Source of the DNA: an uncultured delta proteobacterium
Lineage (GTDB): Bacteria > Desulfobacterota > Binatia > Binatales > Binataceae
Reading direction: 5' to 3'
Length of the DNA: 64,000 bases
Assembly: GCA_963814035.1 (NCBI GenBank)
Contig: CAWFBH010000001.1
Location: 337,130 to 401,129 of the forward strand
A model generated the notes under the pieces. It saw only the letters and a list, made by a program, of their open reading frames with translations, had not been told where the DNA came from and did no database searches. Made by a program: the position numbers and the translations under genes. Below are positions 44,201 to 54,400 of this stretch, in pieces (positions within the stretch are counted from its first letter, which is position 1; each line of letters starts with the position of its first letter).

Positions 44201-44528
44201 TCCCGAAATATCCCCCGTCGCGGCGCAGCACCTCGCCCATATGGATACCGACGCGGATCTCGAATCGAATGCCGGCGGTGGGTCGCCCCGCCGTTTGTTG
44301 CACGGTTATCGCGCATCGCACGGCGTCCGCCGCCGATGGAAACGCCGCGAGCATCCCGTCGCCGAGCCACTTCAATTCCTGCCCACCGCCCGCCGTGACC
44401 GCATCGCTCATAAGCTTGTGATGGACGCGGAAGAGCTGATCGCCGGCCTCGTCGCCCGCGCGCTGCAAATGCTGGGTGGAGCTGACGAGGTCAGTATAAA
44501 GCAGGGTCAGGGTGCCCGATTCTGTCAT
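41286..44528 (-). CDS. Class III nucleotide cyclase - AAA_16/STAND NTPase - TPR-like repeat protein (copy 1, 1080 aa, intact)
   Basis: The N-terminal cyclase homology domain has LLYTDLVSST, ELKWLGDGMLAAF and EIRVGIHMGEV. It has Walker A LRGEPGIGKTR and Walker B LVLLLDDLHWAD. About 650 aa of helical repeat region follow. I could not see a C-terminal HTH. Confidence 0.85.
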   Translation of the reverse strand: MTESGTLTLLYTDLVSSTQHLQRAGDEAGDQLFRVHHKLMSDAVTAGGGQELKWLGDGMLAAFPSAADAVRCAITVQQTAGRPTAGIRFEIRVGIHMGEVLRRDGGYFGTPVVVARQLCDRAASGQILCSRLIAELLASRQAFSFHDVGSIELKGTATSIGVCEVVYERNDPAVMLNRTPFVGRVKQLKRLANRLEEARNGRGSIVMLRGEPGIGKTRTIDEFADQARQQGVTILRGACYDGEWQPPFAPFAEAIAEYARHADPAQFAAVLGKRGSILARIAPSLRESLNDAAEPASLDKEDERFRLFDAVAQFVITLSHRGPLVLLLDDLHWADRGTVAMLSHVAHFVAANSILLLGAYRDAEVDRKHPLTAALAGMSRVRNFESLTLDGLKREELADLLGLIGDQGAPENLVKALGEATDGNPLFIRELLLDLFEKGEILREGKGWSSRPNIDELGIPESVRQLIGRRVLRLSEPANRLLSVASAFNGPFALEVAASVAELDENAALSSIDEALEAKLLRPGPDAESFDFTHAIIRHTLYAQLNSVRRVRLHRKIAEEMERAWGELVAHHAAEVAFQFWRGSAEAGTGRGADYAVAAADNAEAAYGHDDVAAFLRIALELLPKDDPRRPRILARLSFALTWSFDGAEALKTAHAAGKAVMASEGTDATADYYEQIARAMFNASLTRGAWELAKEGLRYIEARRDITWASLTEIDLNRAEAEDPANPGTSMDSPESRQLCEVLRRLPPEQLRSRHIDPVHYTREEIISDPAPVARITMRGGDFRLALALWQQEGIEGERSGSLARAVRAWAGVARCRAALGEFVETRAALDRAAALAARLARPSFGTVSFLGARVEFQMLLNQDWPQFLADMTSSLGHPSESQISVVEALKAIGEEIKWTLSGATAYVACGYAYSGQPDRALRYLNELPLAVEKGASWGINYIPMTLLAAATLWLLNRTDHVEVIEQSIRQKVLAPDLRWPAVDARLELAHLCALQGRHDEASEWFAKARKVLEEAGARPLRAIADYDEALMYLRRHQPGDTARALPLLEVAARQFRSLEMTGWLKLSEGRIAATNSQA

Positions 44529-44558
44529 GACGGCATGCCCGCACTTCGCCCGCGGCGC

Positions 44559-46355
44559 TTAACCGGGAGCGGCCTGCGAATGATTCGCGCCCGCAAACAG
44601 GACGCCTTTCCGTTTTTCCAAAACTTCCATGGTGTGCCGATAGCCGGCATTGACGGTGAAATCGAATGCCTTCCAATCGAGCATGCTCACTTCTTCGAGT
44701 GGGGGTTGAAACAGCAGATCGACCTGCCCGCGCATCCTTTTCAGTTGGAGATGTCCACCGATCGTTCCCGACGCCATCAACAATCTGAGGATGTTGGGAG
44801 TGCCCTGCCGCGCATGGCTAAAGAGCTGCCAAAGCGGACGATGATCGATGTCATCGACGGTGGCTTTGAATCCGTAATCGTTGGAAGCGTCCGCCGCGAT
44901 GATCGGACCGCGACGCATCTCACTCATGATATCGATGGGAAGATTATTGACCAGCCCGCCATCGATCAGGATGTCAGACCCTTCGATCATCGGCGGCAGC
45001 ACGCCCGGAATCGCCACGCTGGCGCGCACCGCCCACCAGATCGGACCGGTTCGATGAACCTTCAGCACGCCCTTGGTGAGGTTGGCGGACACGCAGAAGT
45101 AAGGATAGGAACAGTCCTCGATCAACGCTTCGCCAAAATGCTTGCGAAACAATCCGGTCGCCTTCCTTCCTCGTGCCAGCGCAATCAGGGGAACGGTGTA
45201 GTCTCCGACCGGGTTGGTGAAGCCGAACGCATCTTTCATGCGTTCCAGGAGAATCCGATCATCCCAGTCAAGCGCCACGCCTCCGGCGATGATCGCGCCC
45301 ATACTGGCGCCGCCGAAGAGATCCAGCTCGATGCCCGCTTCACGCAGCGCACGAATCACTCCGATATGGGTAAGCGCGCGCGCCCCGCCTCCCGACAAGA
45401 CCATGCCCATCGCGCGGCCCGTGAGCATCCGCGCGAGACGGCGAAAATCGCGCGGCACCTGCCGGCGCACATGATGATGCTGCGTCACTTCCACCAGCTT
45501 CAGCAGAGAAATCGTCTCCGCAGGCGAGACCGACTGATCGCGATATAACACCAGCTCGACCACCGCCCGGCGCGGATTGTTCAACGCGGCTTCAATCGAA
45601 GGCGGGACAAAGGCCGGCGGTCGAGTCGCTTCGGCCAGCAGCACGACACGGTCAGCCTGGCGCAAACAATGACTCGTCCACTCCGACTCTTCGGCGTCGG
45701 CCTGGTAGAGGACTACGTCGTGGGCTTCTTCGAGCGCGTTGAACCATTCGATGGGACGATCGACCGAGGTATGGTCGAGGACATTAGACTTGAGTCCCAA
45801 CTCCGCAAACGTCTGCGCCAGCGTTCGAGTGAAACTTGAAGCGGCGAGATCGCGGTTGAATGGAAATATCGCAATCGTCCTCGGGGCCTGGGTCGCCGGC
45901 GCCAGCCGCGGCGGCTCTCGGAGCCGCCGGACCAGCAAATCGGTTACGAAGCGAAGCGACTTCGGATGCGCGTCGATGAGTTTGTCGAAGGCCGATTTCG
46001 ACAACCGCACAACCTCGGTATCGCGCAGCGCGATGACGGTCGCAGATCGCGGCTCACCGGATAAAACCGCCATCTCACCTACCGTCTCTCCGCGTGGCAT
46101 CTGACGGACCAGAACCTCCTTGCCTTCGTCATTGGGCAGGAAAGCTCCGAGACGCCCGGACAGAACTACATAGAGCGAATCGTCGCGGTCGCCCTGGCGA
46201 AAAAGCAATTGTCCGCCGGGCAAACTGAACCAGTCGAATTCGGAGGCGATGGCTTCGAGGAGACGCGGCTCGATGCCATCAAATAGCGTCAGTCCGGAAA
46301 GCTTTTCGATGAGTCCGGGAGCGGCGTCAGGAGTACCTATCGATGAAGTTGTCAA
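44559..46355 (-). CDS. Cyclic-nucleotide-binding domain protein fused to a patatin-like phospholipase
   Basis: The cNMP-binding domain has FRQGDRDDSLYVVLSGRL...GETVGEMAVLSGEPRSATVIAL (phosphate-binding cassette). The patatin domain has the oxyanion motif VLSGGGARALTHIG, nucleophile GASMG, and catalytic Asp in ILIDGGLVNNLP. The apparent start codon is TTG. Confidence 0.85.
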   Translation of the reverse strand: MTTSSIGTPDAAPGLIEKLSGLTLFDGIEPRLLEAIASEFDWFSLPGGQLLFRQGDRDDSLYVVLSGRLGAFLPNDEGKEVLVRQMPRGETVGEMAVLSGEPRSATVIALRDTEVVRLSKSAFDKLIDAHPKSLRFVTDLLVRRLREPPRLAPATQAPRTIAIFPFNRDLAASSFTRTLAQTFAELGLKSNVLDHTSVDRPIEWFNALEEAHDVVLYQADAEESEWTSHCLRQADRVVLLAEATRPPAFVPPSIEAALNNPRRAVVELVLYRDQSVSPAETISLLKLVEVTQHHHVRRQVPRDFRRLARMLTGRAMGMVLSGGGARALTHIGVIRALREAGIELDLFGGASMGAIIAGGVALDWDDRILLERMKDAFGFTNPVGDYTVPLIALARGRKATGLFRKHFGEALIEDCSYPYFCVSANLTKGVLKVHRTGPIWWAVRASVAIPGVLPPMIEGSDILIDGGLVNNLPIDIMSEMRRGPIIAADASNDYGFKATVDDIDHRPLWQLFSHARQGTPNILRLLMASGTIGGHLQLKRMRGQVDLLFQPPLEEVSMLDWKAFDFTVNAGYRHTMEVLEKRKGVLFAGANHSQAAPG

Positions 46356-46674
46356 ACCGAGCTACTCGCGCGATCGCAAAAAACGATACAGAGGAGGTCG
46401 TGCTACAGTCAGGCTCAAATTAATACAAGGTAGCTTGCGCGAGATCAAGGATAGTCGCATTTGCGTACTCAATGTCGGCTTATTTCATGCTGACGCAGCC
46501 TTATTTAGGCATCGCGACTTTACCTCCATGCCACATAGTATTACGATTGCGTCGATTTATCCTTCAGATTGTTATGTTAGCCAGCGCGTTGCGACACCTT
46601 CCAGATTCTCTCTTCAGGCTTCACACGCTGCGGCTCGCTATGACGGCTTTTGTGACCGTCAAGGACGTATTCGC

Positions 46675-47805
46675 TTGAGATTCAACATTGTGATGACACT
46701 TCTCATAGGCGGCGCGCTGGCTGTTTTCGTCGGATGCGGCAGCGACTCGCGCCCCGCGGAACAAACGAAGATTGCCGTGACCGTCCTCAAGGTGAGCGAG
46801 GGAGAGGAATCCAATTCCGGCGCGTATACCGCGAGCTTTCAGCCCCATCGCCAGACTGCCCTCTCATTCCAGGTCGGCGGTTATGTCGATTCCATCAAAC
46901 AAGTGCCCGGCGGCGATGGACGGATGCGTGACCTGCAGGGAGGCGATTCGGTCAAGGAACACGAACTGCTCGCGACCGTGAAGGCCGATACCTATCAAGC
47001 CCAGGTCAGTCAGTCCGAATCCGCGCTCGCGGGAGCGAAAGCGGTCTATGAAAAGGCCAAGCGGGATTTCGAGCGCGATGGCCAGTTGCTCGGCCAGCAC
47101 ATCATCGCGCGCGAAACCTACGACCTATCGTCCGAGCAATATCAATCCGCGCAATCGCAGGTTGCACAGGCGGAAGCGGCGCTGAAGCAAGCGCAAATCA
47201 ACCTGGGATATTGCAAGCTGACGGCGCCGATGGATGGGATAATTCTGGAACGCGGCATCGAGGTCGGTTCTCTCGCAGGACCGGCCAATGCCGCCTTTCA
47301 AATCGCCGACACTTCCACCATGAAGGCGGTGTTCGGCAGCTCCGACATCCAGGTGGCGCAATTCAAGCAAGGTCAAGCCCAAACCCTCACCACCGAAGCG
47401 ATTCCCGGGGCGCAATTGGTGGGAACCATCACACGCGTCGCGCCGAACGCGGATCCGACTACCAGGGTTTATGACGTCGAGATCACCGTCCCCAACAAGG
47501 ACGGCAAAATTCGCACCGGCATGATCGCGTCGCTGAAGGTCGCCGGCGCGGTCACCGCGGCCAGCACCGCCGCTACCCTTCCCCTCAATGCGATCGTCCG
47601 CCCGCCCGACGACCAGAAAGATTTCGCGGTTTATGTGGTCGAAGAAAAAGCCGGCAAGAGCCTCGCGCGACTGCGCAGGGTTCGCCTCGGCGACATCGTC
47701 GGCAACGAAATCGCCGTGTCCTCGGGAGTCCAGATGGGAGATGAGGTGATCGTGCGCGGCGCGACGATGGTATCGGATGGCACCGAAGTTCAGGTCATTC
47801 GCTGA
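46675..47805 (+). CDS. RND efflux periplasmic adaptor, probable lipoprotein
   Basis: An in-frame TTG at 46675 gives (M)RFNIVMTLLIGGALAVFVGCGS, which contains a lipobox; the ATG at 46693 is an alternative start. Adaptor pattern: YCKLTAPMDGIILERGIEVGS. The upstream 142 codons of the track ORF look non-coding. Confidence 0.85.
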   Translation: MRFNIVMTLLIGGALAVFVGCGSDSRPAEQTKIAVTVLKVSEGEESNSGAYTASFQPHRQTALSFQVGGYVDSIKQVPGGDGRMRDLQGGDSVKEHELLATVKADTYQAQVSQSESALAGAKAVYEKAKRDFERDGQLLGQHIIARETYDLSSEQYQSAQSQVAQAEAALKQAQINLGYCKLTAPMDGIILERGIEVGSLAGPANAAFQIADTSTMKAVFGSSDIQVAQFKQGQAQTLTTEAIPGAQLVGTITRVAPNADPTTRVYDVEITVPNKDGKIRTGMIASLKVAGAVTAASTAATLPLNAIVRPPDDQKDFAVYVVEEKAGKSLARLRRVRLGDIVGNEIAVSSGVQMGDEVIVRGATMVSDGTEVQVIR

Positions 47806-50800
47806 TGGCGCATCGTAGCGATTCCGAGATCATCGCCACCACCCACAATGTGGCGCGGTTCTTCGTCGAGAACCGTGCCATCGCCTGGATGCTGCTTATC
47901 GGGGTGATGGCCTGGGGCATCCTCGGCTATGCGCGCATGCCCAAGCGCAAGGATCCTGAGCTTCCGGTTCGCGAGGCGGTCGCCATATGTCCGTGGCCCG
48001 GCGTCCGCGCCGAGAAAATCGAGCAGATGGTGACGCGGAAGATCGAAGCGGTGATGGCGGAGAATTCTTCCGTCAATTCCGCCGGCGCCAGCAGCACCTA
48101 CGGCATCAAATCCACCACCCTCGACGGGGTCGCCATCGTCAACGTTCAGTTGGCTGAAAATGTCACTGACACCGGCAAGCAATTCAGTGACATCAATCTG
48201 CGCCTGAACAGCATCAACGATCTTCCAAACGGCGCGGGGCCCATTCAGTTCATCAGCGACTATGGCGACACCGCCGCGCTGATGCTCACCGTCGCGAGTC
48301 CCAAGCTAGGCGAGGTGGAGCTTGCGCTGCGGGCGCGCGCCATTCGTGCCGCGATCGAGAAGGCTCGCGAGTCGGCGCCGGCTGATGCAAAAACCTCGCG
48401 CGTGTCGCTGGTGACATTATTTCCCGAGGCGATCGGCACCGAAAACGTCGCTCGGGTGCGCGATGGGCTGACGCTCTATCTTCAGGCGCATAAGCTTGCG
48501 CGCGATATTCGTCCACTCGACGGCAACGGTTTCATCGGTTTGGATGCCGCGATCGCCCCCAATGTCGATCTCGCGGGGATCACGCGCACCTTCATCGCCG
48601 ATCATGTCGGCACTTCGGTCTTTCCCATCGTGCATCCCGATGCGTGGGCTCCGGTGCTGATTCGAAATCCCGCCGATACCGAGGCCGATCTGGATGCGGC
48701 GGCGGGCGACAAGTACACCTATCGCGAACTCGATCGTTATACCGACCTGATCCAGCGCGCACTCGAGACGCTACCGAATGTAGGGAAAGTGACGCGCTCG
48801 GGAGTGCTGCCGGAATGGATTCAGCTCGCCTACTCGCAGCGGCGGCTCGCGTCCTACGGCGTGCAGCCCGCGCGCCTCGCGCAGATCCTCGCCGAGCGCA
48901 ACATCACCCGCGCGGGAGGAACCATCGATGCGGCCGGGACCGATGTCACGGTGCATCCGAGCGGTGAATTTACCAATGCCGCGGAAATCGGCGACGTCAT
49001 CGTGCAGGCGACGCCGTCCGGCACTCCGCTCTATCTGCGCGATCTGGTGGAGGTCTTGCGCGGCTATCAGAATCCGCCGCAGTTGCTCAACTTCTACACC
49101 TCACGCAATGCGAAGGGCCGCTGGAACCGCAATCGCGCAATTACCCTGGCCATTTTTATGCGCTCCGGCCAGCAGATCGGCGCGTTCGGCAAGTCAGTCG
49201 ATCGCGCGCTGGGCGACCTGAAGAGCCGGCTTCCCGAGGACCTTATCATCGCGCGAACTTCCGACCAGCCGCGCCAGGTGCATGAAAACATCGACCTGCT
49301 GATGGGCGCGCTTTACGAAGCTATCGTGCTGGTCATCTTTGTCGCGCTGATCGGCTTTTGGGAATGGCGCTCCGCCTTGCTGATTGCGCTGGCGATTCCG
49401 ATCACGCTCGCGATGACGTTTGGGATGATGGATGTTCTCGGGATCGATTTGCAACAGGTTTCGATCGCAAGCCTCATCATCGCGTTGGGACTGCTGGTCG
49501 ATGATCCGGTGGTCGCGGGCGACGCGATTAAACATGAACTGGGGATGGGGAAGCCGGCGGCGATCGCGGCATGGCTTGGGCCCACCAAACTCAGCCGCGC
49601 CATCCTGTTCGCGACCATCACCAATATCGTCGCCTACCTGCCCTTCCTGATGCTGACCGGCGACACCGGGCGATTCCTGTATAGCCTGCCGATCGTGATG
49701 ACCTGCGCGCTGGTGGCCTCGCGAATCGTGTCGATGACCTTCATCCCGCAACTGGGCTACTACCTGATGCGACCCGGCAAACCGCTGCCGCCGATCGAGT
49801 ATCGCCGCACGCATGGAGTGACGGGGCTCTACTACAAGCTCGGGCACTACGCGCTCGAACATCGCAAGGCGTTCGTCGTAGTGTTCGTTCGTCTTCCTCG
49901 CGGGAGGTTTTTTCATCGGCAAGCATCTCCGGACCGCGTTCTTTCCCGAGGACGTTCAATATCTCGCGTATGTTGACGTATGGCTGCCGAACGGCGCCGC
50001 GCTCTCCGATACGAATGCGTGGCATCGCGGGCCGAAAGCGTGGTTCGAAAAGTCGCCCAGGACTATGGACATCGACATCCGGGTCGCGATGGCAAGCCTC
50101 GCGAGATCCTGAAATCCGTGACCAGCTTCGTCGGCGGCGGCGGTCCACGCTTCTGGATCTCCGCGCCTTCGGAATCGCAGCAAAGTAATTTTGCTCAGCT
50201 GGTTCTCGAAATCGAAGACAAGGACGACATGCCCAAGCTTGTCGGTCCGCTGCAAACCGCGCTGACCGAATCGGTACCCGGCGCTTACCTCGACGCGCGC
50301 CAGTTGCTGACCAATCCGGTGCGCTTCCCGATCGAGATTCATGTCTTCGGCCATGCGGATATCGACGCATCCCAGGAAGATTCGGACATCGACACGCTGC
50401 GGACCACCGCGGGCCGCATCGAGCAGATCCTGCGCTCGACTCCCGGGCGTTGCAAAACGTTCGCACTGACTGGATGGAGGAGAGCCCCGGCGTCGAGCTG
50501 ACGATCAATGCCGACCGCGCCAACATGGCGGGCATCAGCAACGCCGATATCGCGCGCTCCGCAGCCGCGGGTCTCAGCGGATGGCCGGTCGGAACGCTGC
50601 TCGATGGCGATACTCGCGTACCGATCGTTGCCCGCCTTCGGCAGGAAGAGCGCGCGAAGCTCGCCGATGTGGAGAATCTCTACGTCTATGCGCAGAACGG
50701 ACCCGGCCGCCCGTTAAATTCACTGGCGCCGGTGATCTTTCAGATGAGCCAGGAGCGCATCGTGCGGCGCGATCATTTCCGCACCATGACCATCAACGCG

Positions 50801-51457
50801 TTGACCAAGAGCGGCGTCCTGTCCTCGCAAGTGATGAGTCAGGCGATGCCGCAAATCAACGCGCTGCGCGACCAGCTCCCGCCGGGCTATCGCATCGTGA
50901 TCGGCGGCGAGCAGTACAAGCAGGAAGACGGCTTCGGGCAATTGACCCTGGTGCTGGAAATTTCGGTCGCGCTGATTTTCATCGCGCTGGTTTTGCAGTT
51001 CAACAACCTCATCAAACCGTGGCTGATTTTCGTGGCGGTGCCCTACGGCGTCGTGGGCGCGCTCGGAGCGCTCTGGCTAACCGGCACGCCGTTCGGCTTC
51101 ATGGCGTTCCTGGGAGTCGCGAGTTTGATCGGCGTAATCGTCAGCCATGTGATCGTCTTGTTCGAGTTTATCGAGGAGCGCCAGGACCTGGGCGAGGAAC
51201 TCATCCAGGGACTCCTCGATGCCGGCATCGAACGGCTGCGCCCGGTGATGGTGACCGTCGGCGCCACGGTGCTGGCGCTGTTGCCGCTGGCCTTTCACGG
51301 CGGGCCATTATGGCGTCCACTCTGCTTCGCGCAGATCGGCGGGCTTAGCCTCGCGACGATCATCGAGTTGGTCTTGGTGAAGTCGTTCTATGCGATCTTT
51401 GTCGCCGACCTGGGCATCCTGAAATGGGGCCCGTCGACGCCAGCGACGCACGAATAA
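47805..51457 (+). CDS. RND efflux permease with enlarged first periplasmic loop, at least two frame breaks (about 49880-49980 and 50460)
   Basis: The ORFs 47805..49976, 49980..50501 and 50450..51457 join to give about 1217 codons. It has RND TM4 ALGLLVDDPVV and C-terminal TM bundles. Its ATG overlaps the adaptor stop in TGATG. Confidence 0.85.
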
Positions 51458-51466
51458 AACCAGCGC

Positions 51467-54400
51467 TTACTTTCCGCTGCCCTCGGTCATCGCGGCTTCG
51501 GCGCGGCGGACCCATCCGGTCATTCCGATCTCGCGAAATTGATGCAGGGCAAGATCCAGCAGCGGACGCGCGCGCTCGAGGTCGCCGGCGTCGCCGCGAC
51601 GCAGGTACATCAGCGCTTCGTCGTAGTCGGTGATAGCTCGCAGTGGACGGGCACCCTGCTCTTCCAATACCAGCCGCGCCTTGGCGAACCAATCGACGGC
51701 CTCGTCGTAGCGATGTTGCAGCGCGCACAGGCGAGCGATCGACAAGCGGCTGTCGCGCATCGGCAACCGATAGTCGGGAGCGAGGACTTTGTTTCGGATA
51801 TTTCGCTCCACGATGCCGATCGAATCGGTACGGTTGAGGAACCACAACGTCGCCGCAGTATCACAGGCCATGGCGCTATACACGTAGGTCCATCCGGCGC
51901 CGGCTTCAATCGCGCGGAACAGCAGCTCGAGCCGTTGCAACGCCAGTTCGGTCTGATTGATGCGACTTAGGATGTAGGCCGCGGCGCCGTGGATGCCGGC
52001 CTCGGCATATCTGTTCTCATCGCGGCACTCCAGCATCATCGCCATGAACGCAGGATCGCTAAAAACATCCCCCCATCCTTCATCCAGCATGATGCGTAGA
52101 TCCTGTTTGGCCGAGAGCAGATTCAGCAGCCACGGAGACGACCCAACCCGGCGCGTCGAGAATCCGACCGCGCGATCGTAGGCCGCCTGCGCGAGGGTAA
52201 GATCTCCCAGCGCCGTGTGGCATCGTGCCACGCTCGCCCACGCATGCATCGCCCACGTGATGCGGCCCGCACGTTCCGCCTCAGCGGCCTCGTGTTGCCA
52301 GATCGGCAAAGTGCGCCGGAATTCACCGGCAAGGAACGCCAGCGCAGTCGGCGAGGCATCCGGGGATTCGATAATCTCTTGCCTCGATTCATACGGCCGT
52401 TCGAGGCCAACCGCGCGCAGTTGCTCGGGCGGTAGCTGTTTCAGAAAGGCGCGATGCTCGCGTTCGTTTGCGGTCTCGCATCGAATACCCGGATTGGCCG
52501 GGTCCTCGGCTGCGCGGCGCATCAAATCCACCTCGTTGAGGGCGGCCCAGTTGACGTCGCGCCGATCGCCCGCATAACGGAGGCCTTCCTTGGCCAGCGT
52601 CCAGGCGCCGCGCTGCAACCCTCCGTTGTACATCGCGCGCACCGCCGTGCGGTAATATTCGACCGCGGCGGCCGGGCTTTCCACGACCGCAACCAGGTCT
52701 GCGGCCTCACGACTCGCCTTAACCGCCTCCTCGAGGTTGAGGGTATATGCGAACGACAGTCCGAGGCGCGCCATCAGCCGAGGCCTTTGAGGATCCTCCG
52801 GCGCCAGCAGTTCCAGTGCGATGCGCAAAAACGCGATTACCTCGTCATGCGCATACGCGGCCTCGGCATTATTCGCCGCGGCAATCGCGTAATCCGCTCC
52901 GCGTTTGGCCCCGGAAGCCGCCGCGCCGCACCAGAACTGATAGGCGACCTCGGCCGCGTGATCCGAGGCGCGGTCACCCCAGGTTTGTTCCATCGCTTCC
53001 GCGATCCGCCGATGCAGCCGCACTCTGCGGGCAGGATTCAATCCGGAGTAAAGCGAATGACGAATGAGCGCATGCGTGAAGTCGAAAGTTTCCGCCGTGG
53101 TCCCGGGCCGCAAAAGCTGCGCATCGAGCGCTTCGTCAACCGCCGTCAGCGCAGCATCTTCATCCAACTCGGCAACCGCCGCCGCCACATCGAATGAGAA
53201 TGCACCCTTGAAGCATGCGCCCACCGTCAGCAGCCGATTCGCATCTTCGGAAAGCTTCAGCAGGCGGCGTCCGATGACACTGCGCACGCCTTCCGGAATG
53301 CCCAACTCGGTAACGCTGAACCTGGCTCCCCATCCCTTGCCGTCGCGCAGAATCTTGCCCTCTTCCATCAGATGCAGGAGGACTTCGCGGATGAACAGCG
53401 GATTTCCTTCGGTCTCCGTCGTGAGAGTCTGGACCAGCGCCTCGGGCGCGTCCTGGTCGGCGATGATGGAAAGCAGTTCCACCAACTCGGTGCTCTGCAA
53501 GCCCTTGAGAGCGAGAACTTCAAAGTTGGGAAGTCGCCGGACCGTCGCAAGGGCGCGCGCCAGCGGATGCATCCTGTCCACTTCCGCATCGCGGTAAGCG
53601 CCGATCAACAGCATCGAATTGGCGGCGACGCTATGGGCAACGTGGTTAAGCAGCCCGACGGTGCCGCGATCCGCCCAGTGCAAATCATCGAGCACCAGCA
53701 CCAGCGGCGCGCGCCGCGAAAGCTCGATCAGAAACTGCGACACCGCATCGAGGAGACGGAATCGTTCCTCCTCCTTGTCGAGCGCGATCGGCTCGGTGAT
53801 CGCTCCGATTTTTTCGCGCAACACCGGTGCGATGCGGGCCAGCGTGGCGGCATTATTCCCGCATACGGCGATGAGCTCGGAGGACTGCGCCTGGCGCGCA
53901 TACTGACTGATCGCTTCCGCGAAGGGACCGTAAGGCGGTTGCCATTCGCCGTCGTAGCAGGAGCCCTTCAGCACAATCGCTCGGCGCTCGCGCGCGAACT
54001 CCGAGAACTCAGCAATCATGCGGCTCTTTCCGATGCCCGGCTCGCCCTGCAGCATCACGATCGAGCCCTGGCCATTGCAAGCCTCTTCGAGCCTCGCGGA
54101 GAGCCGTTTGAGTTGCTCGGCACGGCCCACGAAAGGGGTGCGATTGATCAGGGCCGCGGCATCGTTGCGCTGATAAAGGACCTCGGCGACGGCGGTTGGG
54201 GTCGCGATGCCTTTGAGCGCGAGCGTCCCCTTGTCGCGAAAAGAAAAGGTTTGCCGCGCCGACAACATATCGACGACCAGCTTGCTGACCAGGATCTGCC
54301 CGGCCACCGCGCTATCGCATAACCGGCGCGCCAACACGATCGGGACGCCAAAGTAACCGTCCTCACGGCGCAACACCTCGCCGACATGGATGCCGATGCG

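Noticed and set aside
46249-46674. The N-terminal 142-codon extension of the second adaptor gene as listed in the track.
   Set aside because: The extension is AT-richer, lacks adaptor features and overlaps the patatin gene start region. A lipoprotein-type signal peptide begins at the in-frame TTG at 46675 or the ATG at 46693.
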